Assembly: GCA_009914755.4 (NCBI GenBank) | Contig: CP086569.2 | Span: 29,920,001 to 29,984,000, forward strand | DNA length: 64,000 nucleotides | Source: the human T2T-CHM13v2.0 reference genome, Homo sapiens | Reading direction: 5' to 3' | Shown here: positions 13,268 to 27,517 of the stretch, piece after piece | How positions within the stretch are numbered: the first letter of the stretch is position 1 | How the letters are laid out: each line of letters opens with the position of its first letter | Notes under the pieces: generated by a model | Seen by the model: only the letters and a program-made list of their open reading frames with translations | Databases searched by the model: none | What the model was told of the DNA's origin: nothing | Position numbers and translations under genes: made by a program

Positions 13268-16200
13268 GGCCTGGAATAAAGTGGAATGCTACGGTCTCGA
13301 ATGGAATAAAAATGTATGGAATGGAATGCAATGAAACGGAATCGAATGTCATAGAATGTAATGGAATGCAAAAAAATGGAATCCAAAATCATTGACTGGA
13401 AAGGCTGGGTGTCGAAAGGAATTGACTCCAATGGAATGGAATCGAATGGAATGGAAGTGAATAGAATCGAACTAAATCGAATGGAATGGAATTGATAGGA
13501 ACGGAATGGAAAGGAATGCAATGATTTGGCATGGAATGGAATCGAATGGCATCGAATGGAATGGAATGGAATGCAATGGAATGGAATATATTAGAATGTA
13601 ATGAACTTTAATGGAATGTACTCGAATGGATTCGACTGGAATGGAATGTTCTGGAAGTGAATGGACTCCAATGGAATGGATTCAAAAGGAATGGAATCGT
13701 ACGGAATGGAATCTAATGGAATGCAATTAAATGGAAATGAATCAAATTGAATAGCACGGAATTGAATTGAATGAAATCGAATGCAATGGAATCTAATGAA
13801 ACGGAAAGGAAAGGAATGGAATGGAATGGAATGGGCTGGAATGGAAAGGAATCGAAACGAATGGAATGGAATCGAACTGAAGAGACTGGAATGGAATGCA
13901 CTGGAATGGAAGGGAGTGTAATGGAAGGTTCTCGAAAAAAATGGAATCGAATGGAATGGAATTGAATGGAACGGAATAGAGTCGAATGGAATTGAATGGA
14001 ATGGAATGGACTAGAGTGAAATGGAATCGAACCACAAGGAATGGACAGGAATAGAATGGTCTCGAATTGAATGGAATCGTATGGAATGGCATCAAACGGA
14101 ATGGAATGGACAGCCACGGAATGGAATGCACTCGAATGCAATGGAGTCGAAACTAATGGACTGGAATAGAATGGACTCGACTGGTACGGACTCCAATGGA
14201 ATGGAATCGAATGGAAGGGAATCGAACGGAATGGACTCGAAGGGAAAAGACTGCAATGGAAAGGTCTCGAATGGAATGGAAATTAATGGAATGGAATGGA
14301 ATCGAATGAAATGGAGTCAAAAGGAATGGAATCGAATGGCAAGAAATCGAATGTAATGGAATCGCAAGGAATTGATGTGAACGGAACGGAATGGAATGGA
14401 ATCCAAAGGAATGGAATAGAATGGAATGGAATCGAATGGAAAGGACTCGAATGGAAATCACTCGAATAGAATGCAATTTAATAAAATAGGATCAAATGGA
14501 ATGGAATGGAATGGAAAGGAATCGAAACGAAAGGAATGGAGACAGATGGAATGGAATGGAACAGAGAGCAATGGTATAGAATGGAATGGAATCATCTGGA
14601 ATGGAATTGAATGGAATGGAATAATATGAAATGGAATGGAATGGAATGGAATGGAATGCCCTTGAATTAAATGGACTGGAATGGAATGGACTCGAACAGA
14701 GTGGAATGGAAAGTGTTGAGATAGAATGGAATGGACTCCTTTGGAATGGTGTAGTATGCAATGCAATCGACTGGCAGGGAATCAAAAGGAATGTAATCGA
14801 ATGGATTGGACTGGAATGCAATGGACTCGAATAGATTGGAAACGGAATGCAAAGGAATGGAATGGAATAGTATGGAATGGAATGGAAAGGAATGGAGTGG
14901 AATAGACTAGAGTGGAATGGAATGGACTGGAAAGCAATGGACTGGAATGGAACTTTCTTGAATGGACTGGAATCAAACGGAATGGAATGCAATGCAATCA
15001 AATGGCATGGAATAAAATAGAATGAAAGAGAATCAAATGGAATTGAATCGAATGGAATCGAATGGATTGGAAAGGAATAGAATGGAATGGAATGGAATTG
15101 ACTCAAATGGAATGGACTAGAATGGAATGGATTCGAATGGAAGGCAAAGGAATGGAATCTATTGGAATGGACTGTAATGGAATGGAATGGAAGGGATTGG
15201 AATGGACTCGAATGGAATGGACTGCAATAGAAAGGATTCGAATGGAATGAAAAAGAATTGAATGGAATAGAACAGAATGGAATCAAATCGAATGAAATGG
15301 AATGGAATAGAAAGGAATGGAATGAAATGGAATGGAAAGGATTCGAATGGAATGCAATCGAATGGAATGGAATCGAACGGAATGGAATAAAATGGAAGAA
15401 AACTGGCAAGAAATGGAATCGAAATGAATGGAGTGTTATGGAACGGACTCAAAAGGAATTGAATGTAATAGAATGGAGTGGAGTGGACTCGAATATAATG
15501 GACTGGAATGGAATGAAATCACATGGAATGGGAACGAATGGAATGGAATGGAAAGGAATGGAATCGAATGGAAAGGAATCGAATGGAAGGGAATGAAATT
15601 GAATCAACAGGAATGGAAGGGAATAGAATAGACGGTAATGGAATGGACTCGAATAGAATGGACACGAATGCTCAAATTGAATGGACTCGAATGGAATGGA
15701 AACGAAAGGAATGTCATCGAATGGAATTGAATCGATTGGAATGAAATCGCATAGAATGGAGTGGAATCAAATGGAATTGAATCGAAAGGAAAGGAAGCGA
15801 ATGGACTGAAATGAAATGGAATGGAATTGAATGGAAAGTAATGCAATGGAATAGAATGGAACGAAATTTCACGGAATGGAATCAAACTGAATGGAATCAA
15901 ATCAATGGAATCAAATCAAATGGAATGGAAAGGAATTGAATGGAGTAGATTGGATTGGATGGGATTGGAATGAAATGTACTGGAAAGCACTCGAATTCCA
16001 TGAAACGGAATGGAATGAATTGGAACGGAATGGACTCGAATGGAATGGAATGTCATGGAATGGCATCAAATGGAATGGCATCAAATGGAATGGAATCGAA
16101 TGCAATGGAATGCTATGGAATGGAATGGAATGCATTGGAATGGAATGTCCTCTAATGGAATGGATTCGAGTGGAATGGAATCGAATATAATGGAGTCGAA

Positions 16201-16851
16201 TGAAATGGAATTGAAAGGAATGGGATCGAATACAATGGAATATACTGGAATGTAATGTAATGAACTCGAATATAATTGACTGGAATGGAATGTACATGAA
16301 TGGAATGTAATCGAATGGAAAGTAATCCAATGGAATAGAATCTAATGCAATAAAATCGACTCAGATAGAGTAGAATGTAATGGAATGGAGTGCAGTTCAA
16401 TGGAGTGGAATGGAATGGAATGCAATGGAATGGAATGCAATGGAATGGAATGGAATGGAATGGAATGGAATGGAATGGGATGGAATGGGATGGAATGGTA
16501 TGGAATGGATAGTAATGGACTGGAGTGAAATGGACTGGAAAGGAATGGACTCAAATTGAAAGGGCTCGAAAGGAATGGAGTCAAATGGAATGATCTGGAA
16601 TGGAATGAACACGAATGTAATGCAATCCAATAGAATGGAATCGAATGGCATGGAATATAAAGAAATGGAATCGAAGAGAATGGAAACAAATGGAATGGAA
16701 TTGAATGGAATGGAATTGAATGGAATGGGAACGAATGGAGTGAAATTGTATGCAGTAGAAGGGAATAGAATGGAATGCAAGCGAAAGGAAAGGAATGGAT
16801 TGGAATGGAATGGAATTCATTGGAATGGAAGGGAATGTAGTGTAATGGACA
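13268..16851 (+). repeat. HOR unit U4, 3584 bp, Q-type. The pure (GGAAT)n / gggatgg tract at ~16421–16500 is expanded.
   Basis: Landmark distance 13268→16852. Confidence 0.9.
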
Positions 16852-19800
16852 GGCCTGGAATAAAGTGGAATGCTACGGTCTCGAATGGAATAAAAATGTA
16901 TGGAATGGAATGCAATGAAACGGAATCGAATGTCATAGAATGTAATGGAATGCAAAAAAATGGAATCCAAAATCATTGACTGGAAAGGCTGGGTGTCGAA
17001 AGGAATTGACTCCAATGGAATGGAATCGAATGGAATGGAAGTGAACAGAATCGAACTAAATCGAATGGAATGGAATTGATAGGAACTGAATGGAAAGGAA
17101 TGCAATGATTTGGCATGGAATGGAATCGAATGGCATCGAATGGAATGGAATGGAATGCAATGGAATGGAATGTATTAGAATGTAATGAACTTTAATGGAA
17201 TGTACTCGAATGGATTCGACTGGAATGGAATGTTCTGGAAGTGAATGGACTCCAATGGAATGGATTCAAAAGGAATGGAATCGTACGGAATGGAATCTAA
17301 TGGAATGGAATTAAATGGAAATGAATCAAATTGAATAGCACGGAATTGAATTGAATGGAATGGCATGCAATGGAATCTAATGAAACGGAAAGGAAAGGAA
17401 TGGAATGGAATGGAATGGGCTGGAATGGAAAGGAATCGAAACGAATGGAATGGAATCGAACTGAAGAGACTGGAATGGAATGCACTGGAATGGAAGGGAG
17501 TGTAATGGAAGGTTCTCGAAACAAATGGAATCGAATGGAATGGAATTGAATGGAACGGAATAGAGTCGAATGGAATTGAATGGAATGGAATGGACTAGAG
17601 TGAAATGGAATCGAACCACAAGGAATGGACAGGAATAGAATGGTCTCGAATTGAATGGAATCGTATGGAATGGCATCAAACGGAATGGAATGGACAGCCA
17701 CGGAATGGAATGCACTCGAATGCAATGGAGTCGAAACTAATGGACTGGAATAGAATGGACTCGACTGGTACGGACTCCAATGGAATGGAATCGAATGGAA
17801 GGGAATCGAACGGAATGGACTCGAAGGGAAAAGACTGCAATGGAAAGGTCTCGAATGGAATGGAAATTAATGGAATGGAATGGAATCGAATGAAATGGAG
17901 TCAAAAGGAATGGAATCGAATGGCAAGAAATCGAATGTAATGGAATCGCAAGGAATTGATGTGAACGGAACGGAATGGAATGGAATCCAAAGGAATGGAA
18001 TAGAATGGAATGGAATCGAATGGAAAGGACTCGAATGGAAATCACTCGAATAGAATGCAATTTAATAAAATAGGATCAAATGTAATGGAATGGAATGGAA
18101 AGGAATCGAAACGAAAGGAATGGAGACAGATGGAATGGAATGGAACAGAGAGCAATGGTATAGAATGGAATGGAATCATCTGGAATGGAATTGAATGGAA
18201 TGGAATAATATGAAATGGAATGGAATGGAATGGAATGGAATGCCCTTGAATTAAATGGACTGGAATGGAATGGACTCGAACAGAGTGGAATGGAAAGTGT
18301 TGAGATAGAATGGAATGGACTCCTTTGGAATGGTGTAGTATGCAATGCAATCGACTGGCAGGGAATCAAAAGGAATGTAATCGAATGGATTGGACTGGAA
18401 TGCAATGGACTCGAATAGATTGGAAACGGAATGCAAAGGAATGGAATGGAATAGTATGGAATGGAATGGAAAGGAATGGAGTGGAATAGACTAGAGTGGA
18501 ATGGAATGGACTCGAAAGCAATGGACTGGAATGGAACTTTCCTGAATGGACTGGAATCAAACGGAATGGAATGCAATGCAATCAAATGGCATGGAATAAA
18601 ATAGAATGAAAGAGAATCAAATGGAATTGAATCGAATGGAATCGAATGGATTGGAAAGGAATAGAATGGAATGGAATGGAATTGACTCAAATGGAATGGA
18701 CTAGAATGGAATGGATTCGAATGGAAGGCAAAGGAATGGAATCTTGGAATGGACTGTAATGGAATGGAATGGAAGGGATTGGAATGGACTCGAATGGAAT
18801 GGACTGCAATAGAAAGGATTCGAATGGAATGAAAAAGAATTGAATGGAATAGAACAGAATGGAATCAAATCGAATGAAATGGAATGGAATAGAAAGGAAT
18901 GGAATGAAATGGAATGGAAAGGATTCGAATGGAATGCAATCGAATGGAATGGAATCGAACGGAATGGAATAAAATGGAAGAAAACTGGCAAGAAATGGAA
19001 TCGAAATGAATAGAGTGTTATGGAACGGACTCAAAAGGAATTGAATGTAATAGAATGGAGTGGAGTGGACTCGAATATAATGGACTGGAATGGAATGAAA
19101 TCACATGGAATGGGAACGAATGGAATGGAATGGAAAGGAATGGAATCGAATGGAAAGGAATCGAATGGAAGGGAATGAAATTGAATCAACAGGAATGGAA
19201 GGGAATAGAATAGACGGTAATGGAATGGACTCGAATAGAATGGACACGAATGCTCAAATTGAATGGACTCGAATGGAATGGAAACGAAAGGAATGTCATC
19301 GAATGGAATTGAATCGATTGGAATGAAATCGCATAGAATGGAGTGGAATCAAATGGAATTGAATCGAAAGGAAAGGAAGCGAATGGACTGAAATGAAATG
19401 GAATGGAATTGAATGGAAAGTAATGCAATGGAATAGAATGGAACGAAATTTCACGGAATGGAATCAAACTGAATGGAATCAAATCAATGGAATCAAATCA
19501 AATGGAATGGAAAGGAATTGAATGGAGTAGATTGGATTGGATGGGATTGGAATGAAATGTACTGGAAAGGACTCGAATTTCATGAAACGGAATGGAATGA
19601 ATTGGAACGGAATGGACTCGAATGGAATGGAATGTCATGGAATGGCATCAAATGGAATGGCATCAAATGGAATGGAATCGAATGCAATGGAATGCTATGG
19701 AATGGAATGGAATGCATTGGAATGGAATGTCCTCTAATGGAATGGATTCGAGTGGAATGGAATAGAATATAATGGAGTCGAATGAAATGGAATTGAAAGG

Positions 19801-20413
19801 AATGGGATCGAATACAATGGAATATACTGGAATGTAATGTAATGAACTCGAATGTAATTGACTGGAATGGAATGTACATGAATGGAATGTAATCGAATGG
19901 AAAGTAATCCAATGGAATAGAATCTAATGCAATAAAATCGACTCAGATAGAGTAGAATGTAATGGAATGGAGTGCAGTGCAATGGAATGGAATGGAATGG
20001 AATGCAATGGAATGGAATGGAATGGAATGGAATGGAATGGAATGGAATGGGATGGAATGGAATGGAATGGATAGTAATGGACTGGAGTGAAATGGACTGG
20101 AAAGGAATGGACTCAAATTGAAAGGGCTCGAAAGGAATGGAGTCAAATGGAATGGTCTGGAATGGAATGAACACGAATGTAATGCAATCCAATAGAATGG
20201 AATCGAATGGCATGGAATATATAGAAATGGAATCGAAGAGAATGGAAACAAATGGAATGGAATTGAATGGAATGGAATTGAATGGAATGGGAACGAATGG
20301 AGTGAAATTGTATGCAGTAGAAGGGAATAGAATGGAATGCAAGCGAAAGGAAAGGAATGGATTGGAATGGAATGGAATTCATTGGAATGGAAGGGAATGT
20401 AGTGTAATGGACA
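16852..20413 (+). repeat. HOR unit U5, 3562 bp, Q-type.
   Basis: Landmark distance 16852→20414. Confidence 0.9.
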
Positions 20414-23400
20414 GGCCTGGAATAAAGTGGAATGCTACGGTCTCGAATGGAATAAAAATGTATGGAATGGAATGCAATGAAACGGAATCGAATGTCATAG
20501 AATGTAATGGAATGCAAAAAAATGGAATCCAAAATCATTGACTGGAAAGGCTGGGTGTCGAAAGGAATTGACTCCAATGGAATGGAATCGAATGGAATGG
20601 AAGTGAATAGAATCGAACTAAATCGAATGGAATGGAATTGATAGGAACGGAATGGAAAGGAATGCAATGATTTGGCATGGAATGGAATCTAATGGCATCG
20701 AATGGAATGGAATGGAATGCAATGGAATGGAATGTATTAGAATGTAATGAACTTTAATGGAATGTACTCGAATGGATTCGACTGGAATGGAATGTTCTGG
20801 AAGTGAATGGACTCCAATGGAATGGATTCAAAAGGAATGGAATCGTACGGAATGGAATCTAATGGAATGGAATTAAATGGAAATGAATCAAATTGAATAG
20901 CACGGAATTGAATTGAATGGAATCGAATGCAATGGAATCTAATGAAACGGAAAGGAATGGAATGGAATGGAATGGAATGGAATGGGCTGGAATGGAAAGG
21001 AATCGAAACGAATGGAATGGAATCGAACTGAAGAGACTGGAATGGAATGCACTGGAATGGAAGGGAGTGTAATGGAAGGTTCTCGAAAGAAATGGAATCG
21101 AATGGAATGGAATTGAATGGAACGGAATAGAGTCGAATGGAATTGAATGGAATGGAATGGACTAGAGTGAAATGGAATCGAACCACAAGGAATGGACAGG
21201 AATAGAATGGTCTCGAATTGAATGGAATCGTATGGAATGGCATCAAACGGAATGGAATGGACAGCCACGGAATGGAATGCACTCGAATGCAATGGAGTCG
21301 AAACTAATGGACTGGAATAGAATGGACTCGACTGGTACGGACTCCAATGGAATGGAATCGAATGGAAGGGAATCGAACGGAATGGACTCGAAGGGAAAAG
21401 ACTGCAATGGAAAGGTCTCGAATGGAATGGAAATTAATGGAATGGAATGGAATCGAATGAAATGGAGTCAAAAGGAATGGAATCGAATGGCAAGAAATCG
21501 AATGTAATGGAATCGCAAGGAATTGATGTGAACGGAACGGAATGGAATGGAATCCAAAGGAATGGAATCGAATGGAATGGAATCGAATGGAAAGGACTCG
21601 AATGGAAATCACTCGAATAGAATGCAATTTAATAAAATAGGATCAAATGTAATGGAATGGAATGGAAAGGAATCGAAACGAAAGGAATGGAGACAGATGG
21701 AATGGAATGGAACAGAGAGCAATGGTATAGAATGGAATGGAATCATCTGGAATGGAATTGAATGGAATGGAATAATATGAAATGGAATGGAATGGAATGG
21801 AATGGAATGCCCTTGAATTAAATGGACTGGAATGGAATGGACTCGAACAGAGTGGAATGGAAAGTGTTGAGATAGAATGGAATGGACTCGTTTGGAATGG
21901 TGTAGTATGCAATGCAATCGACTGGCAGGGAATCAAAAGGAATGTAATGGAATGGATTGGACTGGAATGCAATGGACTCGAATAGATTGGAAACGGAATG
22001 CAAAGGAATGGAATGGAATAGTATGGAATGGAATGGAAAGGAATGGAGTGGAATAGACTAGAGTGGAATGGAATGGACTGGAAAGCAATGGACTGGAATG
22101 GAACTTTCCTGAATGGACTGGAATCAAACGGAATGGAATGCAATGCAATCAAATGGCATGGAATAAAATAGAATGAAAGAGAATCAAATGGAATTGAATC
22201 GAATGGAATCGAATGGATTGGAAAGGAATAGAATGGAATGGAATGGAATTGACTCAAATGGAATGGACTAGAATGGAATGGATTCGAATGGAAGGCAAAG
22301 GAATGGAATCTTGGAATGGACTGTAATGGAATGGAATGGAAGGGATTGGAATGGACTCGAATGGAATGGACTGCAATAGAAAGGATTCGAATGGAATGAA
22401 AAAGAATTGAATGGAATAGAACAGAATGGAATCAAATCGAATGAAATGGAATGGAATAGAAAGGAATGGAATGAAATGGAATGGAAAGGATTCGAATGGA
22501 ATGCAATCGAATGGAATGAAATCGAACGGAATGGAATAAAATGGAAGAAAACTGGCAAGAAATGGAATCGAAATGAATAGAGTGTTATGGAACGGACTCA
22601 AAAGGAATTGAATGTAATAGAATGGAGTGGAGTGGACTCGAATATAATGGACTGGAATGGAATGAAATCACATGGAATGGGAACGAATGGAATGGAATGG
22701 AAAGGAATGGAATCGAATGGAAAGGAATCGAATGGAAGGGAATGAAATTGAATCAACAGGAATGGAAGGGAATAGAATAGACGGTAATGGAATGGACTCG
22801 AATAGAATGGACACGAATGCTCAAATTGAATGGACTCGAATGGAATGGAAACGAAAGGAATGTCATCGAATGGAATTGAATCGATTGGAATGAAATCGCA
22901 TAGAATGGAGTGGAATCAAATGGAATTGAATCGAAAGGAAAGGAAGCGAATGGATTGAAATGAAATGGAATGGAATTGAATGGAAAGTAATGCAATGGAA
23001 TAGAATGGAACGAAATTTCACGGAATGGAATCAAACTGAATGGAATCAAATCAATGGAATCAAATCAAATGGAATGGAAAGGAATTGAATGGAGTAGATT
23101 GGATTGGATGGGATTGGAATGAAATGTACTGGAAAGGACTCGAATTTCATGAAACGGAATGGAATGAATTGGAACGGAATGGACTCGAATGGAATGGAAT
23201 GTCATGGAATGGCATCAAATGGTATGGCATCAAATGGAATGGAATCGAATGCAATGGAATGCTATGGAATGGAATGGAATGCATTGGAATGGAATGTCCT
23301 CTAATGGAATGGATTCGAGTGGAATGGAATCGAATATAATGCAGTCGAATGAAATGGAATTGAAAGGAATGGGATCGAATACAATGGAATATACTGGAAT

Positions 23401-23966
23401 GTAATGTAATGAACTCGAATGTAATTGACTGGAATGGAATGTACATGAATGGAATGTAATCGAATGGAAAGTAATCCAATGGAATAGAATCTAATGCAAT
23501 AAAATCGACTCAGATAGAGTAGAATGTAATGGAATGGAGTGCAGTGCAATGGAATGGAATGGAATGCAATGGAATGGAATGGAATGGAAAGGAATGGAAT
23601 GGGATGGAATGGTATGGAATGGATAGTAATGGACTGGAGTGAAATGGACTGGAAAGGAATGGACTCAAATTGAAAGGGCTCGAAAGGAATGGAGTCAAAT
23701 GGAATGGTCTGGAATGGAATGAACACGAATGTAATGCAATCCAATAGAATGGAATCGAATGGCATGGAATATAAAGAAATGGAATCGAAGAGAATGGAAA
23801 CAAATGGAATGGAATTGAATGGAATGGAATTGAATGGAATGGGAAGGAATGGAGTGAAATTGTATGCAGTAGAAGGGAATAGAATGGAATGCAAGCGAAA
23901 GGAAAGGAATGGATTGGAATGGAATGGAATTCATTGGAATGGAAGGGAATGTAGTGTAATGGACAG
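20414..23966 (+). repeat. HOR unit U6, 3553 bp, Q-type. Shares the private variants ttctcgaaagaaatgg (~21081) and aatcgaatggaatggaatcgaatgg (~21560) with U7 and U8.
   Basis: Landmark distance 20414→23967. ORF 21547..21780 is identical to ORF 25094..25327. Confidence 0.9.
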
Positions 23967-26900
23967 GCCTGGAATAAAGTGGAATGCTACGGTCTCGAAT
24001 GGAATAAAAATGTATGGAATGGAATGCAATGAAACGGAATCGAATGTCATAGAATGTAATGGAATGCAAAAAAATGGAATCCAAAATCATTGACAGGAAA
24101 GGCTGGGTGTCGAAAGGAATTGACTCCAATGGAATGGAATCGAATGGAATGGAAGTGAATAGAATCGAACTAAATCGAATGGAATGGAATTGATAGGAAC
24201 GGAATGGAAAGGAATGCAATGATTTGGCATGGAATGGAATCTAATGGCATCGAATGGAATGGAATGGAATGCAATGGAATGGAATGTATTAGAATGTAAT
24301 GAACTTTAATGGAATGTACTCGAATGGATTCGACTGGAATGGAATGTTCTGGAAGTGAATGGACTCCAATGGAATGGATTCAAAAGGAATGGAATCGTAC
24401 GGAATGGAATCTAATGGAATGGAATTAAATGGAAATGAATCAAATTGAATAGCACGGAATTGAATGGAATGGAATGGAATGCAATGGAATCTAATGATAC
24501 GGAAAGGAAAGGAATGGAATGGAATGGAATGGGCTGGAATGGAAAGGAATCGAAACGAATGGAATGGAATCGAACTGAAGAGACTGGAATGGAATGCACT
24601 GGAATGGAAGGGAGTGTAATGGAAGGTTCTCGAAAGAAATGGAATCGAATGGAATGGAATTGAATGGAACGGAATAGAGTCGAATGGAATTGAATGGAAT
24701 GGAATGGACTAGAGTGAAATGGAATCGAACCACAAGGAATGGACAGGAATAGAATGGTCTCGAATTGAATGGAATCGTATGGAATGGCATCAAACGGAAT
24801 GGAATGGACAGCCACGGAATGGAATGCACTCGAATGCAATGGAGTCGAAACTAATGGACTGGAATAGAATGGACTCGACTGGTACGGACTCCAATGGAAT
24901 GGAATCGAATGGAAGGGAATCGAACGGAATGGACTCGAAGGGAAAAGACTGCAATGGAAAGGTCTCGAATGGAATGGAAATTAATGGAATGGAATGGAAT
25001 CGAATGAAATGGAGTCAAAAGGAATGGAATCGAATGGCAAGAAATCGAATGTAATGGAATCGCAAGGAATTGATGTGAACGGAACGGAATGGAATGGAAT
25101 CCAAAGGAATGGAATCGAATGGAATGGAATCGAATGGAAAGGACTCGAATGGAAATCACTCGAATAGAATGCAATTTAATAAAATAGGATCAAATGTAAT
25201 GGAATGGAATGGAAAGGAATCGAAACGAAAGGAATGGAGACAGATGGAATGGAATGGAACAGAGAGCAATGGTATAGAATGGAATGGAATCATCTGGAAT
25301 GGAATTGAATGGAATGGAATAATATGAAATGGAATGGAATGGAATGGAATGGAATGCCCTTGAATTAAATGGACTGGAATGGAATGGACTCGAACAGAGT
25401 GGAATGGAAAGTGTTGAGATAGAATGGAATGGACTCCTTTGGAATGGTGTAGTATGCAATGCAATCGACTGGCAGGGAATCAAAAGGAATGTAATCGAAT
25501 GGATTGGACTGGAATGCAATGGACTCGAATAGATTGGAAACGGAATGCAAAGGAATGGAATGGAATAGTATGGAATGGAATGGAAAGGAATGGAGTGGAA
25601 TAGACTAGAGTGGAATGGAATGGACTGGAAAGCAATGGACTGGAATGGAACTTTCCTGAATGGACTGGAATCAAACGGAATGGAATGCAATGCAATCAAA
25701 TGGCATGGAATAAAATAGAATGAAAGAGAATCAAATGGAATTGAATCGAATGGAATCGAATGGATTGGAAAGGAATAGAATGGAATGGAATGGAATTGAC
25801 TCAAATGGAATGGACTAGAATGGAATGGATTCGAATGGAAGGCAAAGGAATGGAATCTTGGAATGGACTGTAATGGAATGGAATGGAAGGGATTGGAATG
25901 GACTCGAATGGAATGGACTGCAATAGAAAGGATTCGAATGGAATGAAAAAGAATTGAATGGAATAGAACACAATGGAATCAAATCGAATGAAATGGAATG
26001 GAATAGAAAGGAATGGAATGAAATGGAATGGAAAGGATTCGAATGGAATGCAATCGAATGGAATGGAATCGAACGGAATGGAATAAAATGGAAGAAAACT
26101 GGCAAGAAATGGAATCGAAATGAATAGAGTGTTATGGAACGGACTCAAAAGGAATTGAATGTAATAGAATGGAGTGGAGTGGACTCGAATATAATGGACT
26201 GGAATGGAATGAAATCACATGGAATGGGAACGAATGGAATGGAATGGAAAGGAATGGAATCGAATGGAAAGGAATCGAATGGAAGGGAATGAAATTGAAT
26301 CAACAGGAATGGAAGGGAATAGAATAGACGGTAATGGAATGGACTCGAATAGAATGGACACGAATGCTCAAATTGAATGGACTCGAATGGAATGGAAACG
26401 AAAGGAATGTCATCGAATGGAATTGAATCGATTGGAATGAAATCGCATAGAATGGAGTGGAATCAAATGGAATTGAATCGAAAGGAAAGGAAGCGAATGG
26501 ACTGAAATGAAATGGAATGGAATTGAATGGAAAGTAATGCAATGGAATAGAATGGAACGAAATTTCACGGAATGGAATCAAACTGAATGGAATCAAATCA
26601 ATGGAATCAAATCAAATGGAATGGAAAGGAATTGAATGGAGTAGATTGGATTGGATGGGATTGGAATGAAATGTACTGGAAAGGACTCGAATTTCATGAA
26701 ACGGAATGGAATGAATTGGAACGGAATGGACTCGAATGGAATGGAATGTCATGGAATGGCATCAAATGGAATGGCATCAAATGGAATGGAATCGAATGCA
26801 ATGGAATGCTATGGAATGGAATGGAATGCATTGGAATGGAATGTCCTCTAATGGAATGGATTCGAGTGGAATGGAATCGAATATAATGGAGTCGAATGAA

Positions 26901-27517
26901 ATGGAATTGAAAGGAATGGGATCGAATAGAATGGAATATACTGGAATGTAATGTAATGAACTCGAATGTAATTGACTGGAATGGAATGTACATGAATGGA
27001 ATGTAATCGAATGGAAAGTAATCCAATGGAATAGAATCTAATGCAATAAAATCGACTCAGATAGAGTAGAATGTAATGGAATGGAGTGCAGTGCAATGGA
27101 ATGGAATGGAATGGAATGGAATGGAATGGAATGGAATGGAATGGAATGGAATGGGATGCAATGGTATGGAATGGATAGTAATGGACTGGAATGAAATGGA
27201 CTGGAAAAGAATGGACTCAAATTGAAAGGGCTAGAAAGGAATGGAGTCAAATGGAATGGTCTGGAATGGAATGAACACGAATGTAATGCAATCCAATAGA
27301 ATGGAATCGAATGGCATGGAATATAAAGAAATGGAATCGAAGAGAATGGAAACAAATGGAATGGAATTGAATGGAATGGAATTGAATGGAATGGGAACGA
27401 ATGGAGTGAAACTGTATGCAGTAGAAGAGAATTGAATGGAATGCAAGCGAAAGGAAAGGAATGGATTGCAATGGAATGGAATTCATTGTAATGGAAGGGA
27501 ATGTAGTGTAATGGACA
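23967..27517 (+). repeat. HOR unit U7, 3551 bp, Q-type. Contains the longest pure (GGAAT)n run, ~58 bp at ~27095–27152.
   Basis: Landmark distance 23967→27518. Confidence 0.9.
27095..27152 (+). repeat. Near-perfect (GGAAT)n microsatellite-like run of about 11–12 pentamers. The same HOR position in other units holds shorter or longer runs.
   Basis: Seen in sequence: atggaatgga repeated without interruption from ~27095 until atgggatgca. Homologous tracts lie at ~2650–2700, 6211–6253, 12861–12905, 16421–16500 and 20008–20050. Confidence 0.8.
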